Program-made: the position numbers and the translations under genes
Source of the DNA: Camelus dromedarius
Taxonomy: Eukaryota
Assembly: GCF_036321535.1 (NCBI RefSeq)
Contig: NC_087437.1
Location: 79,858,001 to 79,922,000, forward strand
Length of the DNA stretch: 64,000 bases
Reading direction: 5' to 3'
Shown: positions 1-10,702 of the stretch, piece after piece
Layout: every line of letters starts with the position of its first letter
How positions within the stretch are numbered: position 1 is the first letter of the stretch
The notes under the pieces: model-generated
Databases searched by the model: none
Seen by the model: only the letters and a program-made list of their open reading frames with translations
Told to the model about the DNA's origin: nothing

Positions 1-634
1 AGGGACCTTATTTTGCACAACAGGTAGGCCAAGGGGAATTTTATCCCATTATCTGACAAGTGTAGGCAGCTTTGCATTTCAGGCCCCTACAGTGGTCCTG
101 GCAGGTCTCCTGCTATTCCCCTGTTATTTTTGCAAGTAATACTGCCAAGGATGCTATTACTCTGGTTTATAATAGTTGATCGCTGCTGTGAAATTCCAGC
201 TGTAGATAAAATGGATTCTTTGAAACAACCAACAAAAAAGGAGTGAAGAGGTCCAACAGCCCTCATACCTACTTGCTCTTGGACAAACTTTGCAAAATGC
301 TCCACTTCAGAAAAAACATTAAGTGTTTCTGAATTTCCATTTCTATTAGAGCTGGTTGGTGATTACCCAGCTCCTGGTGTTGAAACTGAGAGCCTGTTTC
401 CTGCTGTTTACGGGAATGCTAACTATTTCTGTGGAATGTAGGTCTCCTTTGCCTGCCCTTTGAGATGGGATTCCAAACAAAATGCTCACTCACTCATGTG
501 TATTGATTATAAAAGTTTGGCAGCTTAAAGCAAAAGAAGACGTATATGAGGAGGAGTATCAACTTGTTAACCTGAGGTTGAGTAGAGAAAGCTCTCGCTT
601 CCTTACCATATGTGTGGTGTCACATTCCTCACTG

Positions 635-1102
635 TGTTACCAGAGAATCGGTTCTTATCTCACGCAGGAAAGAATTCAAGAGTGGGTAAAGTGAAAGCAA
701 GGTTACTCAGAGAGATACACATTCCACAGACAGAATGCAGTGTGTCTCAGAAGGGATAGAGGCCCTGGGGTGTGTGGGTGGTTAGTTTTTATGGGCTGGG
801 TAATTTCATATGCCAAGTGGAGGGATTATTCCAACTGTTTTGGAGAAGGGGTGGGGATTTCCAGGAATTGGGCCCCACCTACTTTTTGGCCTTAGTGGTC
901 AGCCTGGGAACTGTTGCTGCCTGTGGGTGTGTCATTTAGCATGCTAGTGTATTGCAGTGAGTCTATAATGAGGCTCAAGGTCTACTGGAAGTCAAATCTC
1001 CCACCATCTTGGGTCTAGCTGGTTCTAACCAGTTATGTCTTATCCTCAATGTCTACATAATTCTTGTAATGGTTGTGTTCGGCCCCCTTCCTTCCTGTCT
1101 CA
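635..1102 (-). mobile_element. ERV1-class solo LTR
   Basis: About 470 bp bounded by TGTTACCAG...CCTGTCTCA (TG...CA). Interior (ggaattgggcc, gtctactggaagtcaaatc, gctggttctaaccag) resembles artiodactyl ERV1 LTRs in reverse orientation. No clear TSD. Confidence 0.7.
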
Positions 1103-1169
1103 TTTATACCAAAGCACTTTTTAATCTCTTCACTGCCTCACTGCCAGATCGCATTTGACCCATCAGCTC

Positions 1170-1372
1170 CATCTGGAACATGTCTATCATTTTACTTACC
1201 ATACAGTGTTTTATTGGTAAGTATTGGTATTTACTTATCTGTCTGCTCTGTAAGAATATGAGATCAAGGCCAGAAGGGACTGTACCAATCTTGCTCATCA
1301 TTTTATTGTTATCACCATACAGAAGACCAGGCAGATGGTAGTATTTAATTAGTTTTTACCTTACAAATGAAT
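1170..1372 (+). mobile_element. L2 LINE 3' end relic
   Basis: Degenerate L2 tail (atgagatcaaggccagaagggactgt...cagatggtagtatttaattag...aaatgaat). Confidence 0.55.
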
Positions 1373-2192
1373 ATTGAGTTATCTTTGTTAACATGGTTGT
1401 CTTTGTTATGTACCATTGTAATAGAGCAACTGAGATTGTAAGAAAAATATGTTCTCCACAATGCACAATCAAACAGTGGTTCAAAAAGTTCATTGAACTA
1501 GGCATTCATGAATCTGAAATTCCACTTGTGGGGTTAAAATTCAGTATCCTTCATTCAGCGGAAACTACAGTTGCAAAGCTAATAGACGGAGTTTGAAGAA
1601 GATTTTATTAATCATGACATTCGGTTAGAGCAAGCCTCTGCTGAAACCAAAGTAAATAAATTACAGGCATGGCTAATAAGGTCAGGGAGCTGCTAGGACC
1701 AAAATCCTGGGAATGTCCTCTAAATCTCCAAATTACTTTAAACCAGCTTAAGTAACCGCTTTATAAATGGATAGTCATCTATGAATAGTTACTCCAGAAT
1801 AGATGTTCCCCTTTCCCCTCTGGGAACACAGCTGTGAATTATCTCTTGTCTTTTCATACCCTCACCTGTAGAACTCAAGGCCTCGCTATTCCTTATACAA
1901 CAGTGTATGTGAAATGGTTAAAGGGTAAACATCCAAGTTGTTGCAGCCAGCAAGGAGTATTACATATTATTACACTGCAAGGTCAATAGATAGCCTGTTG
2001 TTTTAAATGTTATTTAAATTATTTCTCTCCAGAGAACATTTTTAGCCACCTGTCCTTTTCCCAAAGAAGCAGAATTTAACACATCTCACTGCCTCCACAT
2101 GGTGAGAAAACAAAGACAATGAAGCTATGGTCAGAAAGGACAAGAATTAAACAGAATTTCATAAGAACTATACAAGCAAAGTTAGTGTAAGG

Positions 2193-2383
2193 AAGTTGTT
2201 CTCAGTGTAAGGTCCTCAGACCCACAACATTAACCTCACCAGGGAACTCGATAGAAATGCAAATCCCTGGGCCTCACTCCAAGTCCCCTGAATCAGAAAG
2301 TCTGTGGGTGGGGCCCATCAGTCTTTAGTTGAACAAGCCACCCAAGCGATTTTAATGCATGCTGAAGCTTGGACATCTTCATC
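2193..2383 (+). mobile_element. MER5A (hAT-Charlie) MITE
   Basis: Matches recalled MER5A: gttctcagtgt..ggtcc..cacc.gggaact.g.tagaaatgcaaat...ctgaatcagaaa.tctg.gggtggggccca...aacaagcc. Confidence 0.85.
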
Positions 2384-2639
2384 TAAGGTGACAGGTAGAC
2401 CCAGGCATTTCTTTCAACATCACCTCATTTAGTTCATGAGGATTCCATTAAAATCAGAACTTAGTGGAACTGCAAATATATTAATGACCCTGATATAAAA
2501 AAAGTGTCCATGTTTGTGCAGCTGTGTGTAAAAATTACACACGAACACACACAGCAGGAATAGAATGTTAAAGGAACTCACACTAACAGATGTCAGTTGT
2601 ACATTCTAATTGTATTATATTATTGTAAATTGTTATGAT

Positions 2640-4060
2640 CTATAACAGTATCTACAATAATAAAGACAGTAACCAATAGCCCACAAACCAACTTGAAATT
2701 TATGGACATTTCACAGATGAAGTGTAAGGTCGTGGAAGTCAATGGACAGGGTAAGAGCAAAAAGTGATTCAATAAACAGAAATTGGAAATACGGTTTTCC
2801 ATATAGCAATGAAATGGAATTAAAAGCCTATCTCATACCAGCAACAAAAATCAATGCCAAGCAGACTGAGACTTTAAAATGTAAAAAGCAAAACTTAAAA
2901 AAAAAATTTAAAGGAATATTTTTACTGACTTTGGTATAAAAAAAATTTATTTACAAGGCACAAACATCACTAACCTGAAAAAAGTTGAACATTATATGTT
3001 TATTAATAAATTCCATTAATTAAAACATTTTTAAATTGTAGTATTTTCAGAAATGTTGTGTCAATTTCTGACTACAGGTCAATATCACTTATGAACATAG
3101 GTGCAAAAAATCCTCAACAAAATATTAGCAAACAGAATCCAACACACACAAAAACGATTATATAATTAAAATATGTATTTTCAAAGGAAAAAAGAAAACT
3201 CAAGCCACACTCAAAGATATTTATAATACATACAACTGACAAAGGATTAGTATCAAGAACATAAAAAGAATTCCTAAAAAAATCTTTAAAAAAAATAAAA
3301 ACATGGGCAAAACAAACAAAGTCCTGTTGGACAAATATGAAGACGTAATCTCAGTTAATTAGGGAAGTATAAATCAAGTCCACAATAAGGTACCGTTTTC
3401 CCCTCCTTGTTCAATTGGCTAGAACTATTATGTGTTGAAGAAGAAATAGGTTAAGAAGATCTCTTTACACATTGCAAATATAAATATGATGGTTACAAGT
3501 TGTCTTAAAAACAAATTAAGATTACCGTTACAAGCTAAATAATGATAAACTACGGTTCCATATTTTCACTCCTGGGAAAATATTCAGGAATATCTTACAT
3601 ATGAGCACCAGGGCACAACAAGCGTGTTCACTGCAGCACTAACTGTAATTACTAAAAACTGGAAACAATATAAATTCCCACCAGGAGGAAGATTAATGAC
3701 TAGCACGCAGCAGTGTAACACAAGTGAATGTGGTAGCTTGAAATAGCATGGGGAGGTTTTAGTTAATGTAAAACTGAAAGAACAAAAAGTCCCAAAAGAC
3801 GACAACAGTATGACACCCTTTTTATGAAGTTTAATAACAAGTAAAACTAACAATATATTCTAGTGGAGGAACACAGAGTTTGTGTGAATTATTGATTTGT
3901 TTTATGCATTCATTTGAATGCTCATTATGTTATTATATTATTTAAAAATCAAAAGAAATAATATAGACAATGTATGCAAGAAAGTTAATAATGGTTAATG
4001 AACTAAAAATTCTGACTAAACTAACTGCAATTCTGAAGTACTTAAATTAAAAAAAATAAA
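2640..4060 (+). mobile_element. Old L1 (L1M-type) ORF2 C-terminal and 3'UTR fragments
   Basis: A-rich strand with L1 phrases (tatctcataccagcaacaaaaatcaat, caactgacaaaggattagtatcaagaacat, tgttcactgcagcact...aaaaactggaaacaa). Confidence 0.75.
3028..3162. mobile_element. Younger L1 insertion with inverted segment nested in the older L1
   Basis: 3028-3070 is the reverse complement of the L1 3' terminus seen at 12700-12740, 42998-43040 and 59841-59885. 3071-3160 is + strand RT sequence (YRSISLMNIGAK.../NKILANRIQ). Flanked by taattaaaacat and taattaaaatat. Confidence 0.7.
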
Positions 4061-4519
4061 CAAGAGAGTAGAAAAGAGAAAAGGAAAGATGCAGGAGGAA
4101 GGGGAGGAAGAAAGGAGGGAGTGAGGAAGGAAGGACATCTGTCAGGGAGGCTGGCAGCCTGGGTGTATACTGAATGTACATAGTGTATTATTTTTGTGGT
4201 TTCATAGTCATTTCCATTCTTGACAAGTTGCTGCTCACTATCCCGGTGTAGGAATGGTTTCTAGGAATACTCCTATTACCTCCAGTACTGATTTCTTACA
4301 CCTTGACATACTGCTATATGAATGTTTCCCCAGTGCCCTGCACCAGAAGCAAGTGATGAGTAGGGAAGAAAGAATATTTGAAAGGTAATGTGTCAGAAGC
4401 CAGTTTATGGAAAATTCTTCCAGTCATCAGAAATGTAAAATTATAAGCTGAGGATTCAATTTGCACTAATACCTAGTCAAACTGGGAGTTCCATCTGTCA
4501 GGAAGATATTTAATAATAA

Positions 4520-5065
4520 ATCTTATACAAGTATAAATACATAACACTCTTTGATGGGAATCACATGAAATAGAAAGTATGGAATCTAGTCTCTGAGGCC
4601 ACAAACCTATAACAACATTACAAATTAGAAGCACATCTATACAGGAACTCATATGTTTAAGTACCCTCAATATCAATAAAAAAGTTTAATCAATCATGAT
4701 AGAGGAACATTTTTATATTCTTGATATAGAAGAGATCTTATACAGTCATTGTCATATAAAGTGCTAAAGAGATTGCAGCAAATATATATACGTGGGGTAT
4801 TATACACAGATAGATACAGAATATTATAAAGTTGCACTGGAGAGTTAATTAAAATGTTAGTTTCTTAAAATTTTGTGATGTCTGTGGTATTTCTCATCTT
4901 TTAAAAATCTTTAAGTTGGTTTATTTTTGTTCTCATTTTAGATAAATATTTATTTTGCATTTCTCCTATATCCTATATCCTAAGTTTATATTCATAAAAA
5001 TTTTTAAAGTGAGTCCACCAAATATATATAAGCTTCAACACTTTAAAACCCTGGGTAAAGCCCTT
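4520..5065. mobile_element. Possible hAT-Tip100-type DNA transposon relic
   Basis: Right end (ccaaatatatataagcttca...aaaaccctgggtaaagccct) loosely resembles hAT-Tip100 termini. AT-rich interior. Confidence 0.3.
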
Positions 5066-5859
5066 CCTGAGCCTTTAAAGTACAGGTGGAATCATCTTCC
5101 ATTAATTCTATAGTGAAACACCCACTTCTTCCCCTCCCCTTGCTCTCCTGGGCTCTGAATGTGTTGGAGGTAAGGGCACACCAACATATCTGATAAAGAG
5201 CAAGAATGTTTCACCAACAAAAGTGTAGAGAAAAGATGTAAGAAGGAGCAGGATGAGAGTAAAAGAACAACATACCCTAATATATGCCAAGTATTGTATC
5301 AATGACTAGGTTGTATCTCATTTTAGCCCTTTAAACAGTATTTTCTGCATCCCAACATCCCATGATGAAATTCTGAGTCCATGTTCCCCACTGAAGTGTC
5401 ATTACAGATGGCACGTGTCTATTCCACAGCGAACTTCATTCAGAGTTACATTCTGGGTGAAAGGTATGTTAAATAGGTATTCTGGATTTTTTCCTACAGA
5501 GACTCAAGCATTATGCATAATTTAACTTTTTGTGGGAAAAGGAATCCTGAGTTGCAAACAACAAATTTACAAAAGATCTTTTCTTCAATCAGCACCTGAA
5601 ATGTCTTATTGTGCTTCTTAGCTCTTTTCTTTGTACCTCAATTTCTTTGTCAGCAACACAGAAGCAATAATCCAGCTTGTCTCCCAAGAAAAGATGAGAA
5701 ATGAAAGGGATAATTAAGACCTAAAACGAAGGCGTGGTTCTATATTTTCTGAGTGCAAAAGGCCACAAAAGGGTATGTGTGAGTAAAATCTTAGGAGGAA
5801 GAAATATCTTTTGGTTGATATCATATCCTGAAAAGATAGTTTAAAACATGTAAAAAGGT

Positions 5860-6022
5860 TATTGGGATTTGGGTTCTAATTCTGGCTCTTTCTCCTACTT
5901 TGTTTGGGTTCTTAGTGGTTGGGAAAGCCCCTCACACTCTCTCGTCAGTCAGACTAGCATCAGAATAATGGAGGTTTGGGCCGCATGGCCTCTAACATCC
6001 AGTTTGGTTTTCACAATCTCAC
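5860..6022 (+). mobile_element. MIR SINE relic
   Basis: ttgggttctaattctggctct...gggaaagcccctcacactctct MIR core pattern. Confidence 0.55.
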
Positions 6023-8044
6023 ATTTTGTGAACATGACTAGAAAACACTCATTTAAAAAGGAAGTTAAAGAAATTGTTCTTTTTACCATTCCCAAGTTAG
6101 AGAAAGTAAATTCCTGTCATATATCAGACTGTTTAAACCCAATTGTCCCTGGAAACAAGGTTTCGGTATTTATAAAGAGATCGCTTAAAGATCCATCTTT
6201 AAAAGTTTGAGAATTTTTGAAAAACAAAAATGTCACTTCAGAGGGCAGCTATTCCATGACTTGTGACATCACTGAATGATGAAAACACGAGGTAGATAAT
6301 TATAATAACAAAGGAAGCACTTGGCAATACTTTTTCATTGATATCTACTTTATAAAAGCTAATAGTAAGGAAGGGCTTACAATTTGCTGTAACTTTGCTG
6401 CATTTTCAAAATTCAAATAAAAATGGTCAAATTTACTGGGAAATTAAGCCTAATGCAATAAAGACACTGAAATAAAATCTTAAAAAAGTCTGAAAGAAAG
6501 TTCGCACTTCTGAGGCATGAACACTTGAATTTAGAATTCAGTTATTTCACTGCTCTCTGGACCAGTATTTCATTTTTAGCAAAGGCAAGGAAAATTAAAA
6601 ATATCCAGGCAGTATGTATGTCATAAACGTTAACTACTGTTTATTTTAAATCATTTCATTCCCTTTTATGCTTTTTTATTTTAAAGCAGCTGTTGCCATT
6701 GCTACATGTTTATACCAATCAATCAACCCTTTGCTCCAACATTTGCAACAAAATCCAGAAACCACAAGCTGCAATGTGTCTATCTACTCATCTTGGCAGC
6801 AATGAAGAGACATCAAATGAAAAGCATTTTATATTAAGGGGTAAAAGTTTCATCTACATTTACATTTATATTTAGCTGCATTGAGTTTGCAAGCTCAAGT
6901 TTTGTGATGAAATAAGAGCAAAGTTTTCTGAAGTCTTGGCCTGAGAGACAACAAAAATCCATACAGTTTCAGAAAACCATAAAACCTTCCGTTTCATTGT
7001 GCTTTGCCTGTAAAGAAAATTGTCCACCAGCATTTTAGCTGAATTTTGAAAGGAAACTTTATGTCAATATCCTTGTGAGAAATTTTACCCCCTGTAGCTA
7101 AGCAACTTATACTATAGGATGCTTGGCTGCTTCTCCGGATCCCAAGAGAAGCTTTTTGAATACTCTTAGTGGTCGAATTCCAGAATTTATTGATAGATAA
7201 TGAGAGAGACAGAGAGAAAAAAAGAGAGACAGAGCGAGAGTGCCTCAATAGAAGTGAGTGAGTAGGTATCTAATAGCCCACAAAATATTATTCTGAATAT
7301 CAAAATAATTGTGACTATTCTCTAAAAAAAAAAATTTTAACAAACTCATTTTTCAACACTTAGAGAAGGGAGTGGGCAAAGGTCTATTTATTTCTATAAA
7401 TCCTGTCTCCTGTTTTGATATTATATTTACTACGACATGCGTGGAGGAGTAGGGAAGACAAATTTCATCTTGGGCATCAGCCCCGCCGTCTGCATTCTCC
7501 CAGAGACCAGAGCCTGGGAGGGGCGTACTGTCTTCATCCACTTGCTCGCTGACCCTCCCAGCATGGCTCTCATTGATCTCTGGAATACAGACATAGATTC
7601 CAGCATCCACAGAAGAAAGGATCTTTCTTCTTCACCAGGAAGATGAATTAGTTCCAATTAACACTAAAACAGTAAAAGATCTAGTTCTAATTTATAATTG
7701 TCACAACTACTCAAATACAACCTCCATGAGAGCAAGAATAGTGCCCATCTGATTTACTCCATCCATGACATCTTGAGCACGTCTGACACAAACCGTCTTT
7801 CAACAAATGTTTGATAGAATAATTAGGAACATGCTGACAGTTTCCTACCAGATTTCAAATAATTGTTTAAAAGTGGTGGATCTAAGCATTCATGACATAA
7901 GATGATATACTAGAGTGAAAGGTGAGAAATGAGGTAACATGCGCCTTAAACAGGAAGCACTCATTAAATGTTAGTTTCCCTCTTTGCACTACATTACACT
8001 GCCTCTGATTTTCAAATCACTCAGAGCATACACAACTCCCATTA

Positions 8045-8205
8045 CAATAAACCATCTCATTAAGTTCCATGAAGGCTGGGGCAATATCCACTTCAACCTT
8101 TTTGATCTGTTTTTCCAACTCTTAGCACAGTGCTTGGCACATAGAAGATGCTTAATAAATATTTGTCAAATAAGTGAATAAAATATAAATAAATGAATGA
8201 ATGAA
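8045..8205 (+). mobile_element. L2 3' end
   Basis: taagttccatgaaggc...cttagcacagtgcttggcacatagaagatgcttaataaatatttgt...aatgaatgaatga. A weaker L2 tail lies at about 7705-7825. Confidence 0.85.
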
Positions 8206-9865
8206 CAACAAAAATCCCAAATTATACCTCCACAGTGAAAAATGTTTTTCAAAAGTAATTTGTGTTTATTTGGCAATCTTCTGATGTATGGTATGAAAGA
8301 CTTCTTTGAGGAAGACCATTTTCTTATAATTACCAGCACAGAAAATAAATAATTTACAGATAACTACAAAGTAGAATTTTATATACAGAATTCCTTTTCT
8401 TAAAGTTCCATGCAAGAAGAAACTGACAATTGACATATTCCTAGATCCAGGAACTATCCAGCAGTTGAAGAGTCTCACGATAGCAAAACATCCTTAAACT
8501 CGCCTCCCCCTTCTCCAGGAAGAGTTGACAGCAGATCTAAAGTGAATGAGAGGCCTGGCCACCATAGTGAGTTACAGGAGTGGTGCCAGGAGCTCCCCTT
8601 ACTCAGTCCCATTCATTGCTAAGCAGCTGGTTGTCAGTGGTGGCAAAGATAAGCTCCACTGTGCTTAGAGAAGACTTTCTTGTCAGGAGTTACTGTTTCC
8701 AAGCTCAAAAAAGAATTTAGGATATAGATATAGATATATTGGAGAAGTGTTGTACTTGCAGTAAATGAATGTACTCCACTAAATGAAAGAAGGATGCGGA
8801 GAAACACCCAGCTAAAAAAAATCTCATAACTAGTTTTAGATTGGCAAACAGGAAGAACAGTGAGGTTCTGCAAGCAGGATCCAAACTATGCTTATAACCT
8901 GCTTTGAAATATTCAAATGGAAAAAAAAAGTTTTATCCCTGGAAAGAACTAGAGTATGGATTCTGAGAGAGGGGTTTTAGTCACTGTCAATAGCCAAGCT
9001 TTCTGCCCAGACCTCCTCATGCAGATCTCACTGGGTATCATGGTGGCCAGGGACCAGCACAAGAGAAGGGACAAAGAGATGGGAGGGAAAGGAATTTCAG
9101 CGTGGGGAGTGACTTCATCACATGGGTAACTAATGTGCACTTAGGATGAGAATGGAATGCGAACTCATTTACCCCACTTTCTTCACAGCATTCTCCACCC
9201 CTCTCTTTCCTTCTCAGGAAGAATTTCAGGGCTTCTTGAACAAAATGGAGCGGTTGTCCTTTTCGGCAACTTTAAAAATCTCTAAGGAGTACACACTCTA
9301 CAAACTCAATATCAGTTCTTGACCCCTTCGTATGTACAGTTTTGCTAGTCAATGGTTTTATTTCTGCAAAAATAAACTTTATGTCAGGAGAGCATACACT
9401 CCACACAGCCACTAAAGCTCCAGCTCCGGTCTTTGGGAAGTCTCCCGTGAGCTCCTGTCCCATCTGCTCTCACCTGGCTGTCTCTGCCAGCAGCTGAGAG
9501 ACTCCCACAGGCAGGAGGATGGGTCTTGGGCCCACAGGGCTCGGCAGAGCATAATCAAACTCTGTATCCTCATCAGCTTCCTGCCGCAGCTTCCAGGGCA
9601 AGTGTCCCTTTGCTCGCCTGCCTGATAGCCCCAGCAGCCTAGAAAATCAGTTAAGCTTTTCAATCACAGCACCCCTGTGACAAACTTGCGGAGCACCGCA
9701 TGATTTCTTCAACCACCTGGTTTTCCTGGCATTTGAATAAAAGTAAAAATAGAAAACAAAGAGGGAGAAGAAAAGTGACAGGCTGAAACCTGCAAAGAGA
9801 AAGAGGACAGGGTACAGAAAATGTTGGCTCAGGGATGCCAGGGAGGGGGTGGGGTATGATGAGCT

Positions 9866-9885
9866 GATACTGCCATCTAGTGGCT
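9866..9885 (-). promoter_or_regulatory. CTCF binding motif
   Basis: Minus strand reads GCCACTAGATGGCAGTATC, matching the CTCF core CCASYAGRKGGCRS at every position. Non-repeat, GC-richer context. Confidence 0.65.
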
Positions 9886-9988
9886 TCATGCTACTCAGAG
9901 AAAAATACTAAATCCATCGCCCTCCAGGCCGAGTGACGTGTTGTGTTTTGTTTTGTTTTGTTTTTTAATTCTAGGGAAAAAGAGACTA

Positions 9989-10315
9989 CAGTTGACCCTT
10001 GAACAATGTGGTGTTTAGGGGCGCCGACCCCACACAGTTGAAAATTGGGTGCTGCTATCTCAGCCTTAAAAACAGAGGAATTGATGAATGACTCACCCGA
10101 GGGCAGGAAGCTAAAACAGTATAGACAGAATCGGGACTCAAACCCTAGTTCTTTTCATTCCACATAGTGTGATCTCTAATTTAACCAAACTTCTCCCCAC
10201 ACTTAGTTGATTTAAAGATCTGTAAAATGAATTAAAGGTACTATATGTATTGAAAAAAAATCCACGTATAAATTGACCCATGCAGTTCAAACCAGTGTCC
10301 TTCAAGGTTCAATAG
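9989..10315 (-). mobile_element. Tigger2-ended non-autonomous element (Tigger2a_Art-like), copy 1
   Basis: TA then CAGTTGACCCTTGAACAA at left. Right end tccacgtataaattgacccatgcagttcaaacc..ttcaaggttcaatag. Interior shared with 45409-45726. Confidence 0.85.
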
Positions 10316-10544
10316 TTGTTGAAAAAAAGGAGTCAGGACTGTGATGGGGGCAAACATTTTTTGCCTTACTAAACGGTTTCCACCTAGTTTGGTAAAAAGG
10401 GAAAGAGAGAGAAAACCTTACTAGAGCTGCCTTTACAGGTGTGTCCTCAGCCTTTCTGTCTGGAACTTCAAAAGAGCTCTTCCTCTCCTCAAAAAAACAA
10501 AAAACAAAATATATGTGTATATATATATACACATACATATATTC

Positions 10545-10702
10545 TCTCCTTGTTAAATTTGAATTTTAGACAACCAATTAATAATTATTTAGTATAAGTA
10601 TGTCCCGTTCAGTATTTAGGACTTACTTACTAAAAACAAAAAGCATCCTTTATCTGAAATTCAAATTTAACTAGTCATCTTGTATTTTACCTATCTCACC
10701 CC
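10545..10702. mobile_element. MER53 palindromic MITE
   Basis: Inverted arms gttaaatttgaattttaga (10552-10570) and tctgaaattcaaatttaac (10653-10671), plus inner tagtataagtatgtcc / ggacttacttacta. Confidence 0.85.
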
